Assembly: GCA_964016885.1 (NCBI GenBank)
Contig: OZ024740.1
Coordinates: 145,948,001 to 146,012,000, forward strand
DNA length: 64,000 nt
Direction: 5' to 3'
Origin: Eledone cirrhosa
Lineage: Eukaryota
Shown piece by piece: positions 1 to 11,769 of the stretch (its first letter is position 1; each line of letters opens with the position of its first letter). The notes beneath the pieces were generated by a model that did no database searches, was not told the DNA's origin, and was given only the letters and a program-made list of their open reading frames with translations. The position numbers and the translations under genes were made by a program.

Positions 1-800
1 GAAGATGCTGATCCAAGAGACAAATATAACCCCTAGCCAGACAATTTTACCTTGAGATTTGCATGCTAGACATAGTCAAAAGCTTTGCTAAGGTTGAAAG
101 CAACAACAGATTTCACCAATATTTTCAAGAATTAGTGTTCAAAGAGAAGGGTTATCGAAGAGCAGGACGAAAAAAGCTATATTGGTAATGGATAAGAATA
201 CTGTTAATATCTGTCTTGATCAGATGTAAGTGAGTGCATTAGGATGATCGTTGGCAGATATTGCCTTCTTGGGACATATTGTAGCATGTTTCTAAAGATT
301 TCAAGAGAAATTGAGTTTGGTGAGGACAGGACTAATTCTAAGACATTGTTTGAGGGTAATAAAAAGAACATTATCAAGACCTTGTGGGTTTGAAGCAACT
401 GCAAGTGCTTTTAAATTTGGTGTGAATGTATGAGATGAGTGGTGGTGAGCTTCATAGAGTGGAAAGGGATAGTTTTAAAGATTTTACTAGTGTGTGGAGA
501 TGGAAACAAAACTAATGAGGAGACTTTCTCTTCATGAATTATGCTTGAAGAGCCATCAAGATTAGAAAGTGGAGGAAAGAAAAATTCTGCAAAGCTGGTA
601 GATTACTTTTAGTAAGGAGCCGAAAGGATCAGCTGCAGTTTGGAAGCAGGAAAACTGGTGAGTTGTACAATGTATGGGAGCAACTTTCACAATTCAAATT
701 CTGGTCCTGCAGGATTTGTAGAGTTGAGTAAAAATCATCCAATTTATAAAGGTTGATAATTTCCTCCTTTGTAGGCTATGTTCTTTGCTTGAATCACTGT
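1..800 (-). mobile_element. Highly degenerate LINE RT fragment (CR1/L2/Jockey-like)
   Basis: Minus strand near 60-110 reads like a decayed ALDLSKAFD.VWH motif (ttgctttcaaccttagcaaagcttttgactatgtctagcat); many stops. Confidence 0.45.
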
Positions 801-1100
801 AGTACAACTATAAGTGAACCACATTGTGGAGGGGTATGATTTGTTTTCTGTCATCTGCCTAGCTACTAATGATAGGCTATAAGCTGACTACCCTATTTTG
901 TGTCTGAGAAAAGATAAACATCGAAACCCTGTTTATAAACTGAGGCAACTAATCAATACATTATGTTTAGATGGCATGGTTTTGAAATTCTCATGAGTAT
1001 AAAATATATTTATGCTTAAAGTTTTAAGTGTTGTTTACAGCATAGTTTTCTGTTTTACAACTCTATTATGTAATGAATCTTCATTATGTTAAGTTTCAAA

Positions 1101-1300
1101 GTTGGATTGGTAGTACCGGTAGAGGAGCGTCGGACACTATACTTTGTGGCATAGAGTTACTGTCCTTTATGTTCTGAGTTGAATTCCCTCTGAGATTTGC
1201 TTTGCCTTTCATCCTTACTGGATTGATAAAATAAAGCACCATTAATGCACTGGGGTTGATTTAATCGACCTTCATTGTAAATCAGCAAAATATTGACCTC
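1101..1300 (+). mobile_element. tRNA-derived SINE, family A
   Basis: B-box-like gagttgaattcc, then conserved tttgcctttcatcc...gataaaataaag.acc shared with many copies in the window. Confidence 0.75.
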
Positions 1301-1479
1301 AAATATAAGCTAGCCCCCCATTTTACCACTGATTTTGTTGTCACATATTTCTTGGCTTATATACAGGTATAAACAGTAAATGTAGCCTAAATATTATACA
1401 TTGACTATTGAAAAGGGAAGAAAGATATGTGTTTTGGAAAGGTATAGGATATTCAGTATTCATGCCAATCCTAACCTAA

Positions 1480-1915
1480 GGTCATGAATCTTGAGTAATG
1501 ACCAAAAGAATATGATTGTGAATACAAGCAGCTGAAATGGGGGTTCCTTCAAAGGGTCTTTTAAGTAATGTTACTTGATAGAATGCATAACTCGGAGATC
1601 AGAGAGTAATTCTAGGTAGAGCCGCTACTTCTCCAAACTAAGAGATCACAGCTCCGATATTACAGGCATGTGTTTAGAATGTCTCAGGAAAGAAGGGCTG
1701 GGCACATTTTACAGGTAAAACCAACCAGCAAGAGACCTAGGGGTAGACCCCGAGCAAGATGGTTGAATAACAACCATGAGCTCAGCTGGTCTCCCTTGGG
1801 GATCCAGCCAGATCAGTTGAAGATTGTTGCTTCTGACAGGACCCACTGGAAAGAGTGTTTGAGGACTTTGCTCCCACAACCCACTTAGGAATGAGTGGGC
1901 GAAGAAGAAGGAATG
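1480..1915 (+). mobile_element. RTE-type LINE 3' fragment
   Basis: ORF 1670-1888 has KRPRGRPRARW...DRTHW, a typical RTE C-terminus. Confidence 0.7.
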
Positions 1916-2859
1916 AAGTGTAGATAATGTCAGTATGTTCTGATCATATATCCTTGCTGGAAGACTAACCCAAATATTTGATACAGAGCGAACTCCCCTA
2001 GAGGTGCCCATGGACCAGGTGGTTGTGTTAAACCGGATATCACGATGTGTTCTACATCCCACCCTACCTATCCAAAAATGTAGAACTATATACATTACAT
2101 AAATCATGACCTGAGTGTAATTTTAGCTATAAAAATGTTTGGATCTTCTTATGGATTTGCACCTATGTCTTGGTTATACATGTATGCAATAAGAAAGGTT
2201 TTGTATAGGGACCAGTAAGCATTGAGTTATTTGGGGGTAGGGTGGATTAAAGAGGGTCAGGTGAGTGAGGCAAAATAGTATTATTAGGAAGGCATAGTTG
2301 TTGGTGGTATAGTACTAAAAGAAAGAGAAAGACAGGGAAGAAGACAGTAATGTGTGGGATAAAACAGATAGAGAAATCTGTCAAAGTCTAGAGCAGATTC
2401 TCTAGTTCAAGAAAAGGAGAGAGAGAGAAGAAAGATGAGCAAGAGAGTGGAAGATGAATGGAAAGGAAATATATAAAAAATTAAATACCTATTAAATGAA
2501 ATAATGAGTAGCTCTTAAGTTAGTTCTAATTACAATTGCTATCTCCGTTACCATCTTCATATTATTGTTAATCTCATCCAGTAGAAAATTGTGAACCATT
2601 AGATTGAGAATAGCTGTATAATTTAAATTTAATGAAAAAATAGGTTAATGAGAAAAAATATTAAAAAGTTAATTCTTAAGTCAGGGAAACAAAAATGAAT
2701 GAAATGAAAGTAGACAAATAAATAAATAACTGAATGCATAGTTCTAAATTTAGTGATTATTTTTATTTTTATCATCACCACCATCAAGTGAGAAATATTA
2801 GACCATTAGATCAAGAATGACTGTAGGATTTAAATAAAATAATTGCACTGCTAATAACC

Positions 2860-4618
2860 ATGTAATGTGCATCAGGAAGATCACTGAGTGTCAATCAGGA
2901 TGTTGTTGGGGGAAAAGTATGTTAGAAATGACACTGGTGCATTTAGCACCACTGATTGCTCAAAAGAAAGACGTCTGGAAATGTTACTATGAAAGACTGA
3001 TGAATTTAGAGAATGAATGGAAGAAGAAAAGCTATCCCCAACTTACCCAAAGGAAGGACCAACTACTGAAGTTGACAGTTTTAGGGTAAAAAAAAAAGAA
3101 GCAATCAAAGAGATGAAGAATGGTTGCTGAGATGCTAAAAGCATCTGGAGAGGTAGGAGTCAAACTAGTAACCTACATATTTGATCAAGCAATATAAGAT
3201 GGTGTCATACTTGGTTGGCACAGCAGTACAATCATAAATTGTTACAAGGGCAAAGGAAATGCTCTAGAAAGGAGCAACTATAGAGGAATAAAACTAATGG
3301 ACCAGGTTGTGAAAGTGACGGAGAGTTATAGCGCAGCTAATTAGGGAAAGAGTCAAAATAGATGAGATGCAGTTTAGTTTCATATCTGAGAAAAGTACTG
3401 CAGATGCCCTCTAAAAATAAGCCACTATATCTGATCTAGATAAGGCCTTTGACAGAGTACCTCGATCTGTTATATGGTGGTCCTTAAAGAAATTAGGTGT
3501 AGAAGAATGGCTTGTGAGAACAGTGCAAGCCATGTACAGAGGAGCTCTCAGTAAAGTGAGAGTAGGAAGTGAGTTTAGAAAAGAATTTAAGTTACAGATA
3601 GGAGTTCATCAAGGTTCGGTTTTTAGCCCACTGCTGTTCATCATAGTTCTTCAGGCTATAACAGAGGAATTTAAAATGGGCTGTCCATAGGAACTTCTCT
3701 ATACAGATAATTTGGTCCTTATAACTGAAACCATAAAAGAACTAGAAAATAAATTTTGACTATGGAAACAGAATTTGGAATTAAATGATCTGAGAGTAAA
3801 CTTAGCCAAAACTAAAGTGCTAGTAAGTAGGAAAGAAGATAGGATCCTGGTTCTTTCAGAGAAGTGGCTTTGCTCAATACACAGAAAAGGAGTAGGCATA
3901 AACTCCATGCAATGTACATAATGTAAATCTTGGATACACAAGATATGTAGTGGGATAAAGAGTAGACTAATGGGAAGAGAAGACTTTGTATGTAGATGCA
4001 CAGGGGTAATCGAGAGAAAGAGCATCGGTAATATAAACATTTTTCAGTTGCAGGAAGGGTCCATAGAAGTAGTTAATAGCTGCTGCTATCTAGGTGACTT
4101 AATTAGCAGTGGAGGAAGGTGCGCTGAGAGCATAATAGCTAGAATAAAGATATGATGGAAAAAGTTTAGAGAGCTACTCCCACTGTTGACTACAAAAGGT
4201 TTCTCCCTATATACAAAAGGATGGCTGTATGATGGGCTGTGACTACAGAGGACATGCGAGGGCTGGAAATAAATGAAGCAACCATGCTTCATTGGATGTG
4301 CAATGTAAATGTGAGAGAAAGGCAGAGCTTGGGCGAGCCAAGGAAAAAACTGGGTTTAAGAGGTATCCAAGGTGGGGTGCAAGAGAGAAGACTGTGTTGG
4401 TATGAACATGTGATGTACATGAATGATGATTGCTGGGTGAAGAAGTGCCAGGAAATCCCAGTGGAAGAAAGACCTGGACAGAGAGCTGACTTCAAATTGC
4501 TGAGACTCATGGAGGAGGTGATGAAGGAATGTGATGAAAGGAGGGATGCCGTGCTGAGAAAGATTGTCCAACCCATTAAAGTGTGGAAAAATGGATATAT
4601 AAAACAAGGATGATGATC
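2860..4618 (+). mobile_element. Degenerate 5'-truncated RTE LINE (RT plus PHD-like finger)
   Basis: Remnants of YKGKGNALERSNYRGIKL, KAFDRVPR, GVHQGSVLSPLLF, QERRLCWY; (GAT)n tail; many stops. Confidence 0.9.
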
Positions 4619-4694
4619 TAGAAATGTGTGTCTTTATTCCTATATAAGATTCTAAGAATCCAATTTTAAAAAAACATAAAAATTCATAATTATT

Positions 4695-4866
4695 TTCCTT
4701 AGCATTTAAACCGTCCAGAATTCTCTCACCTCTTTCTGTTTAAACTAGCCGTAACTTGCCACTCATACTGATGTTAAGGTATTGTTCTCAAAATAAATAA
4801 TATCAAAATCTTGTAGATTCAACATCATGTGTTTACCACGAAAATACAATAGTATAATAGGGTTAA
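4695..4866. mobile_element. TTAA-type (piggyBac-like) MITE copy
   Basis: Homologous to 48020-48217 in reverse and to 56953-57065; ends gggttaa. Confidence 0.6.
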
Positions 4867-4904
4867 AAGTATTTTTATATATTATTATGTATTATTATTT
4901 ATGT

Positions 4905-5245
4905 GGATTTCAAATCCCGCCGAGGTTAACTTTGCTTTTCATCCTTACGGGGTCGATAAAATAAAGTACCAGTAATACACTGGGTAATTGCTGACCTTGT
5001 GCCAAAAGTAGAAACAATTATTTATATATTATTATATGAATAATAATAATATTAATCGGTGGATTGGCAGTATCGGTAGAGGGTCGGGCACCATACTTTG
5101 ACGCATGGAGTTACGGCCCTTGCCATTCTGAGTTCAAATCCCGCCGAGGTTAACTTTGCCTTTCATCCTTACGGAGTCGATAAAATAAAGTACCAGTAAT
5201 GTACTGGGTATTTGCTGGCCTTGTGCCTAAAGTAGAAACAATTAT
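4905..5245 (+). mobile_element. Tandem SINE family A copies (partial 4905-5020, full 5057-5245)
   Basis: Near-identical ttcaaatcccgccgaggttaactttgc...gtagaaacaatta segments; A-box and B-box-like motifs. Confidence 0.8.
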
Positions 5246-5259
5246 TTATATATATTATA

Positions 5260-5315
5260 AGACCCGTCCCACCCTTGCAAGCAGGGAAAAGCGGACGTAA
5301 AATGATGATGATGAT
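5260..5315 (+). mobile_element. Extreme 3' end of an RTE LINE
   Basis: cccgtcccacccttgcaagcagggaaaagcggacgtaaaa(tga)n matches 27490-27543. Confidence 0.8.
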
Positions 5316-6156
5316 TATTCTGATTCATAAGAAAAAAATGTAAGTTCAATAAGAAGTTCAACAATTATTGTTACACCTACCGAGTCATTCTAGCTATTTA
5401 AAAGCACACAAAAACTGCTAACTTTATTTTGTATGCATCATTTATTTCTTGGTGTAAAAAATGTTTATCACATTGTTACTGACCTGATCACTGACACATT
5501 TCCACTTAGCAGACTAGCACAACTCGGAAATCATTAATAGTTTGTCTCAAAGTTTGTCTTAGTGAAGAATAGTAAGATATTTAATCTTTTATAAATTGAA
5601 GAACTGATTATAGGTTAATATAGTAGCATGTCTACTATTAGGATTATCAATATCAAATCACTTATCAGACAAAAGAAATAAGGGAAAGAGTGAAGTTCTG
5701 CCAGAGTAATTCACTTTGAAATAAAATATTTTTAAATCACAACCAATAGTACTGGGAACAAAGAAAAGGAGGAATAATTTGCTGCTAATGTACAAATGTT
5801 GCTATTGATTAAATGTAATCGAAACACACTACATATAAATGCATTCAACATTGCTTGTAATTAAATGACAAAGTTATTGATTTATTTAATAGTTAAGAAA
5901 ATTTGGATCAAACCAAGCCTTTATATTTCGTATTTTGTAATTATGTGACTTCAAGGCCTCATAAATCTTGAAGGATATGCAATAATGTCTCTTATTTTTG
6001 ATCTATCAAATCTATGGGCATCACACACACAATTCTTGTAATTTTGTCTCAGATGAGTAAAACTTGGTGAAGCCTTTTGGATTTAGTGATGAATTTATGT
6101 ATGTATATATATGCATATATATATATATATGCATATATATATATATCACATGTATA

Positions 6157-6500
6157 TCATCATCATCATCATTGTTTAATGTCCCCTTTTCCATGCTAGC
6201 ATGGGTTAGATGAGTTTACTGTTGTGAGACAAGTCAAGTCAGGACTGTATCTTGCTCACATAGAACTGGCCTGGTTTCTACGGCTGGATGCCCTTCCTAA
6301 CACCAATCACATTTATTGTGTGGACTAGGTGCTCTTTATCGTGACACCAAAACGACCACTTTACAGTGTGGTCTGGGCACCTTTTGTCATGATGGCTAGG
6401 TGCTCTTTTGTCATGACACCATCATGAGCACCTTACATGGTGGACTACGGGCTTTTGTTGTGTCACCAGCACGACCGACCTATGGATGGGGTGGGCTGAG
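6157..6500 (-). mobile_element. RTE LINE 3' UTR fragment
   Basis: (CAT)n followed by ccatgctagcatgggttaga, homologous to 50897-51170. Confidence 0.75.
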
Positions 6501-6519
6501 CGCTTTTAGCTAATATATA

Positions 6520-6760
6520 TGTGTGTATGCAAAAAGTAAATGGAAACAACAAAGCAAACAACACAATACAATGAAAAAATATATTAGGTTAACGTTTGAA
6601 ATAATAGGAAAAGAGTCTTAACATTTCGGACACTAGTCCTTCATCAGAAGATAGAATGAAAAATAAAGGACGAAATAGAAAGATAGAGAGTGAGAAGAGG
6701 AAGGAACAGAAAAAATGTTTTTTGAGAGAAAGCACGTGTATTCAGTCAGCCAGTATCGAA
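6520..6760 (-). mobile_element. Solo PLE pseudo-LTR (same family as 38630-38850)
   Basis: Reverse complement aligns with 38630-38850; contains an HHR motif. Confidence 0.75.
6616..6651 (-). ncRNA. Minimal type I hammerhead ribozyme
   Basis: Reverse complement reads tctt CTGATGA a GGAC tagt GTCC GAAA tg TT aaga. Confidence 0.7.
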
Positions 6761-6782
6761 AACAAAAAAAAAAATATATATA

Positions 6783-6862
6783 CAGGGTGTGTCCCCAAAA
6801 GTGTATACACACTTTCATTAGAATGCTCTTAAAGTGTGTACACATTTTTTGGGAACAACCTG
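6783..6862. mobile_element. ~80-bp Tc1/mariner-type MITE
   Basis: TA-CAGGGTGTGTCCCCAAAAGTGT...ACACATTTTTTGGGAACAACCTG-TA imperfect TIRs; a half copy lies at 9387-9415. Confidence 0.7.
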
Positions 6863-7059
6863 TATATATATAATCCTCAACATTGGCTTTGTTAAAGTTT
6901 GATGAAAAAAATGTTAAATACACAATATTAATTCTTTAAAATATCACAAGCAAAAATGTGTATATTAACTTTAATTATTAAAAAAAAATTAATTTTAAGT
7001 AAGATTTTTGTTGCACATGTTACATATAATTATAGAATCTATCTATTAGTTAAATAAAT

Positions 7060-7350
7060 GTGTTGGATCTCCGTCGGTTCGACGATGATTGTTCTAGTTG
7101 ATTCAGTCAACAGAACAAATTCGTGTACCATTAACGTAGTTCTCAGCTATATTCAATGCAACACAGAGTATGACATGGTTGACCACTTTGAATTACGAGT
7201 ACAACTCATATTTGCAAGCTGAGTGGACTGGAGCAACATGAAATAAAGTGTCTTGCTCAAGCATACGACGCGCTGCTAAGAATGGAATTGAGCTTACAAC
7301 CTTACAATCGTGAGCCGAACATCTTAACATCTAAGCCACACGCCTTCACA
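7060..7350 (-). mobile_element. tRNA-derived SINE, family B
   Basis: Reverse complement starts gtgaaggcgtgtggcttag; has ttgagcaagacactttatttca; homologous to 39323-39660, 29270-29510 and 46280-46440. Confidence 0.7.
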
Positions 7351-7697
7351 AATAAATACGTATACGGAGTCATATCCATATGTTTAATAAACAATATTGA
7401 ATCTCGCTGCGAAATTGGGCCCATTCGTCTTTCACTAGAGCTTGCTCACCTCTGTCTTGTAAGCTGTCAAATGAAAGTAGAGTAGAACGATTTACTAATA
7501 AATGTAAACATTGAATTTACATATTGCTACAAGGTTCACCAGCCGACATTAATAACTGAAGTGGCAAGTAGCATCATACTATCATAGGAATAATTATTTA
7601 AAAACATACTAAATCTCCCATTTATTGGTGCCCGATGTTATATATCTACATATTGATTCTCTCATCAATACTTTAGCTAGTACGCTAGAATATTTGC

Positions 7698-7748
7698 TTC
7701 GCTGAGGAGATCTAATAAGATGGAAACATATCTGAAACTAGCTCCGAA
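7698..7748 (+). ncRNA. Putative type I hammerhead ribozyme
   Basis: ttcg CTGAGGA gat...atct GAAA ctagc TC cgaa; stem I is TTCG/CGAA. Confidence 0.55.
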
Positions 7749-8904
7749 ACAATAATGATAATCCATAATTTGTGCCCTTTTCTTTAACGCATAAGTATTT
7801 CTTATCACGCATTTAATGCTCATTACATTAACTTAGTAAACACTAATTGAATTATTATTAGAAATTGGGAACGTAAAGTTTTGGTAGTTTATTTCCGGTT
7901 TATTTGATGCGCATGTGCCAACTGCAACTGTCAACCGATGTCTGTCTTGACACTGAAGTCTGTTGTCTGTTGTGGAGTACACCAACTTGAGATGGGATGA
8001 TAGTTTCTCCAAGTTATCATAATATCATGTAAGCTAAAACTTCCATATATTTTGGCTCCACTTTTATCTACTTCATGCTAATAATTATTTTACTCTGAAT
8101 TTAAGATGAAATTAAATAATCATATATTAAAAAGAATCTTATTCGTAATAAGAATTCAATTACAATTGATACACGAAATTTGAAACGTATAGGCGCACAT
8201 CTATCTATAAGCCGTTTTCTTTTACAGTTTCGCCTTGTGACTAAGATTTCATTGCGATCAGTGTTGTACTTTTAATGATAATTTATCACACGTTTATATT
8301 ATGCATACATTTTTAGCGCGCATATGTTAAACTTGATTGTATTTCTTTTTTTGTTCATACATCTATACAATCGTGTTTTTAATAGATCGTATCATGAGAA
8401 TAATACACATATATACAGTTGATTACATCTGCAAATGTAAATAAAAAGGTTAACGTTTTTCAGTATCAATTTCATTTTAGTAATATAATTAAACAATCAA
8501 GTGAAATATTTTAAGAGATATATTTCCTCTACTCTGGGAATGGATTTTCATATATATATATTATTTAAAATATATTGTATATAAAAGAACAAAAACAAGG
8601 TATTAGACTGCACGAACGACTGAATACATTATTATTTGTAATGGGTGTATGTAATAGCTTATCTACATGTATATAATCACATATTCATACAAACACACAC
8701 ACATATATATACATATATACATACACATTACACACACATGTGCATATATGTCTCACGAAGGTGGGGTAGGTGGGCTCCCTCAATTTTAAACTGACCATGT
8801 ATGTCACCAGGGCTCATCGAAAGATACATAAACTCACTCTCTCACGCACCCCCATATATATATATATATATATATGCACGCACACACACACACACATACA
8901 AACA

Positions 8905-9070
8905 TATATATATATATATAATCACCATCATCGCTATATATATATACAAGTATAGATATGCACACTTGTACATACACTCACACTCACATATATATATATA
9001 TATATAATTACCATCATCGCGATATATATACAAGTATAGATATGTACACTTTTACATATACACACACGCA
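8905..9070. repeat. Imperfect tandem duplication (~90 bp) within microsatellite
   Basis: accatcatcgc...tacaagtatagatatg occurs twice. Confidence 0.7.
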
Positions 9071-9411
9071 CACTCGACTAAATACATATATAAATGCGGT
9101 GTAATCATATACACATGCATATATTATACATACACACTAGATTTTAGCATCTTTTCTTGTTTTCTCTTATAATTCCGTTCACACCTATGATGCTTTATAT
9201 TAAATCGTCACTAGAGTTTATTTTATTGAGTGTGGGAGGTTGAAAAACAAAATGACCTCGACTGGATTCGATCTTGGAACGTGACAAGCTTTTCAATAAA
9301 TAAAGCGATACTATCGAGAATCAGCTCTGTGTGTGCTTGTATGTGTGTATACATGTATGTATATATATATATTAGTTTGCTGTTGAAGTGTATATACATT
9401 TTTTGGATACC

Positions 9412-9447
<36 letters not shown>

Positions 9448-9461
9448 ACACACACATATAT

Positions 9462-9655
9462 GAAAAAGTATGACCCCGACGGCAGAGCTCAAGCCGTTTC
9501 GACGGCTATTTCTGGAAATAGCCGTCCAAACGGCTTGAGCTCTGCCGTCGGGGTCATACTTTTTCCTATTACCCACAGTACTACCCTAAGTATTGAGTAC
9601 TCTAAGTATTGGTCCATCTGGTTCCTTACCACAACTCCTTCGTTATATATACATA
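9462..9655 (+). mobile_element. Hairpin-plus-tail insertion in (TA)n, probably a PLE remnant
   Basis: ~51-bp near-perfect inverted repeat at 9462-9565 with a 2-nt loop, then a unique tail; related copy at 14236-14340. Confidence 0.6.
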
Positions 9656-9796
9656 TATATATATATAATAAGGAGTTGACGGACCCAGCATATTTATCAA
9701 TGCCAGGACCGGTTGTATCTCAGCGTACTCAATAGGTAATGTAAGATACATTCCCAGAGTATAAACATAGTTATTCGCTTCAATACAACACACGTA

Positions 9797-9836
<40 letters not shown>

Positions 9837-9891
9837 ATACACACTCACACGCGCATACATATATATATATATATAAATATTCACATAAATA

Positions 9892-9924
<33 letters not shown>

Positions 9925-9932
<8 letters not shown>

Positions 9933-10260
9933 AAAATTTGTTTTCGCTCTAGCATAGCGGATACGTAAATGCACCTGTAAGTTTTATATCGCATAATAAT
10001 ATTCGATTCGTTTGCAAGCAAAGTCTCATAACGCTATGTGTTTTAGACGACTATCGTCATCCTTTTGTTCCAGAGGTGACAGAGAGAAACAATCGACAAT
10101 TGTATCAGGGTTATTGCGCCTTGTCAAGATAATGTATCTCTCCTTCTCTGTCACACACTAGAACTCTTGAGAATATATAGTATTTTCTAAAGTATACATA
10201 GGTTGATGTTTTCCACACATAGAAAATGTGAAGAAAGAGCTATGACAATAAATAAACAAA
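9925..10260 (-). mobile_element. Retrozyme-like monomer with degenerate HHR
   Basis: Homologous to 35975-36300; reverse complement of ~10092-10130 reads atc TTGACAA ggcgcaataaccct GATA caattg TC gat. Confidence 0.55.
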
Positions 10261-10274
10261 CATCCAGATATTAA

Positions 10275-10900
10275 ACCAACACGATCACTTAACAATGTGG
10301 GCCGAGGTGCTTTTTGTTGTGACACCTATAGTGTGGACTGGATGCTTTTTGTCATGACACATAACTGAGTGTTTTTTGTCATGACACATAACTGGGTGCT
10401 TTTATCGTGACACATACACGACCACATAATAGTGTGGGCTTGGTGCTTTTTGTCGTGTCGCCACTATGACCACTTTACATTGTGTGCTGGGGATTCGGGA
10501 GGTAGGTATTTGAGTGTGTGAGGGGTTGAGTGTTAGGACATGGGAGGTAAATGGAAGGGGTGGAGGTGAAGGGGTGCACACTAGATGTATAGCCTGTACT
10601 CACGGGAGGTGTATGGAAGGAGGTTGGGTGGAGATTCTGAAAGTGGCACATACTGTATGTGTGCTCATAAGAAGGCAGGTCTTCTGTATTACTGCATAAA
10701 GCCAGAGATCTCAGTCCTGTGTCATCGTATTTGAGAGGTGCAATTGTGCAAGGTCAGCTTTTATCAACTTATCCCAAGTCTTTCTGGGTCTTCCCACTCC
10801 ATAGCTTCCATCAACTTTGAGCGCTCTGCAAATTTTTATACAGCTATCACCTTTCATATGCATCATATGTCCGTACCAACGCAGTCTCCTCTCCTGCACA
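10275..10900 (-). mobile_element. RTE LINE 3' fragment
   Basis: ORF 10711-10899 QERRLRWYGH...GRPRKTW plus 3' UTR. Confidence 0.85.
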
Positions 10901-11089
10901 TTGTATATATATCATATATTGTTCTTTCGTTGGGATGCGAGCTGATGCAACTTCAATTTTACTCAAATTATATATATATACACAATATGAATATATATAC
11001 ATATATGCAATATATATAATATATATATAAATATAGGGAGAAGAAAGACTGTATATATTTTATCTAATAATTCTTCAAACTTGCAATTT

Positions 11090-11120
<31 letters not shown>

Positions 11121-11244
11121 GTAGGAGGTGAGTTTTATTGTAGTACAATAAAGCAATGCAGATATCGGATAATAAGCACTCTACAGTTTGTAGGACTGGA
11201 GTATACATAATATATAAGAACAAAAGATGGTTAAAAGAGTTCCA

Positions 11245-11610
11245 TATTATGCGCATATCAAAAACAAATATCATCATGCAATAATATTTGTGTTTTCATC
11301 AGATAAAACATGAAGACATGATATGAAGGTTAAAAAACACTTGTGGATAGTTCAGTTTTAAATCAACATATGTTGATTTAAAACTGAACTATCCACAAGT
11401 GTTTTTTAACCTTCATATCATGTCTTCATGTTTTATCTGATGAAAACACAAATATTATTGCATGATGATATTTGTTTTTGAAATGCGCATAATAAAATAC
11501 ATTGTCAAGCTATTTAAACGTATGTTATTACTCTAAGGGCCTACCTTATTGAGTGCTTTGCTGCTCATTCCTAATTGTAGCTCGTTAGCTTAGCCACAGC
11601 TTCCACTTGT
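11245..11610 (+). mobile_element. 250-bp palindrome plus tail; PLE-type inverted pseudo-LTR
   Basis: Near-perfect, loopless inverted repeat at 11245-11494 centred on catatg; one HHR motif per arm. Confidence 0.7.
11431..11497 (+). ncRNA. Type I hammerhead ribozyme
   Basis: TTTTAT CTGATGA [long stem II ACAAATAT/ATATTTGT] GAAA TGCGCA TA ATAAAA; palindromic stem III loop. Confidence 0.8.
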
Positions 11611-11769
11611 ATATATATATGTATATATATATTTATTAAAATAACAGATTAAAGTTTAAGCAAAGAATCGCTGCTTTCACCCTTAACGGGATCTTCTGAA
11701 ACTAACAAAGTCAATCTGTAAACGCAGAACTGGATATTTCAAAAAACGTTGCAACCGGAGGAAGACAGG

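Noticed and set aside
895-940. HHR-like ctgagaa...gat aaac atc gaaa
   Set aside because: Core mismatch and an unconvincing stem I
5057-5150. tRNA gene
   Set aside because: A/B boxes are present, but there is no cloverleaf and it continues into a SINE body
8770-9974. Short ORFs rich in YI/HT repeats (also at 44812, 46439, 47191)
   Set aside because: Translations of (TA)n/(CA)n microsatellites
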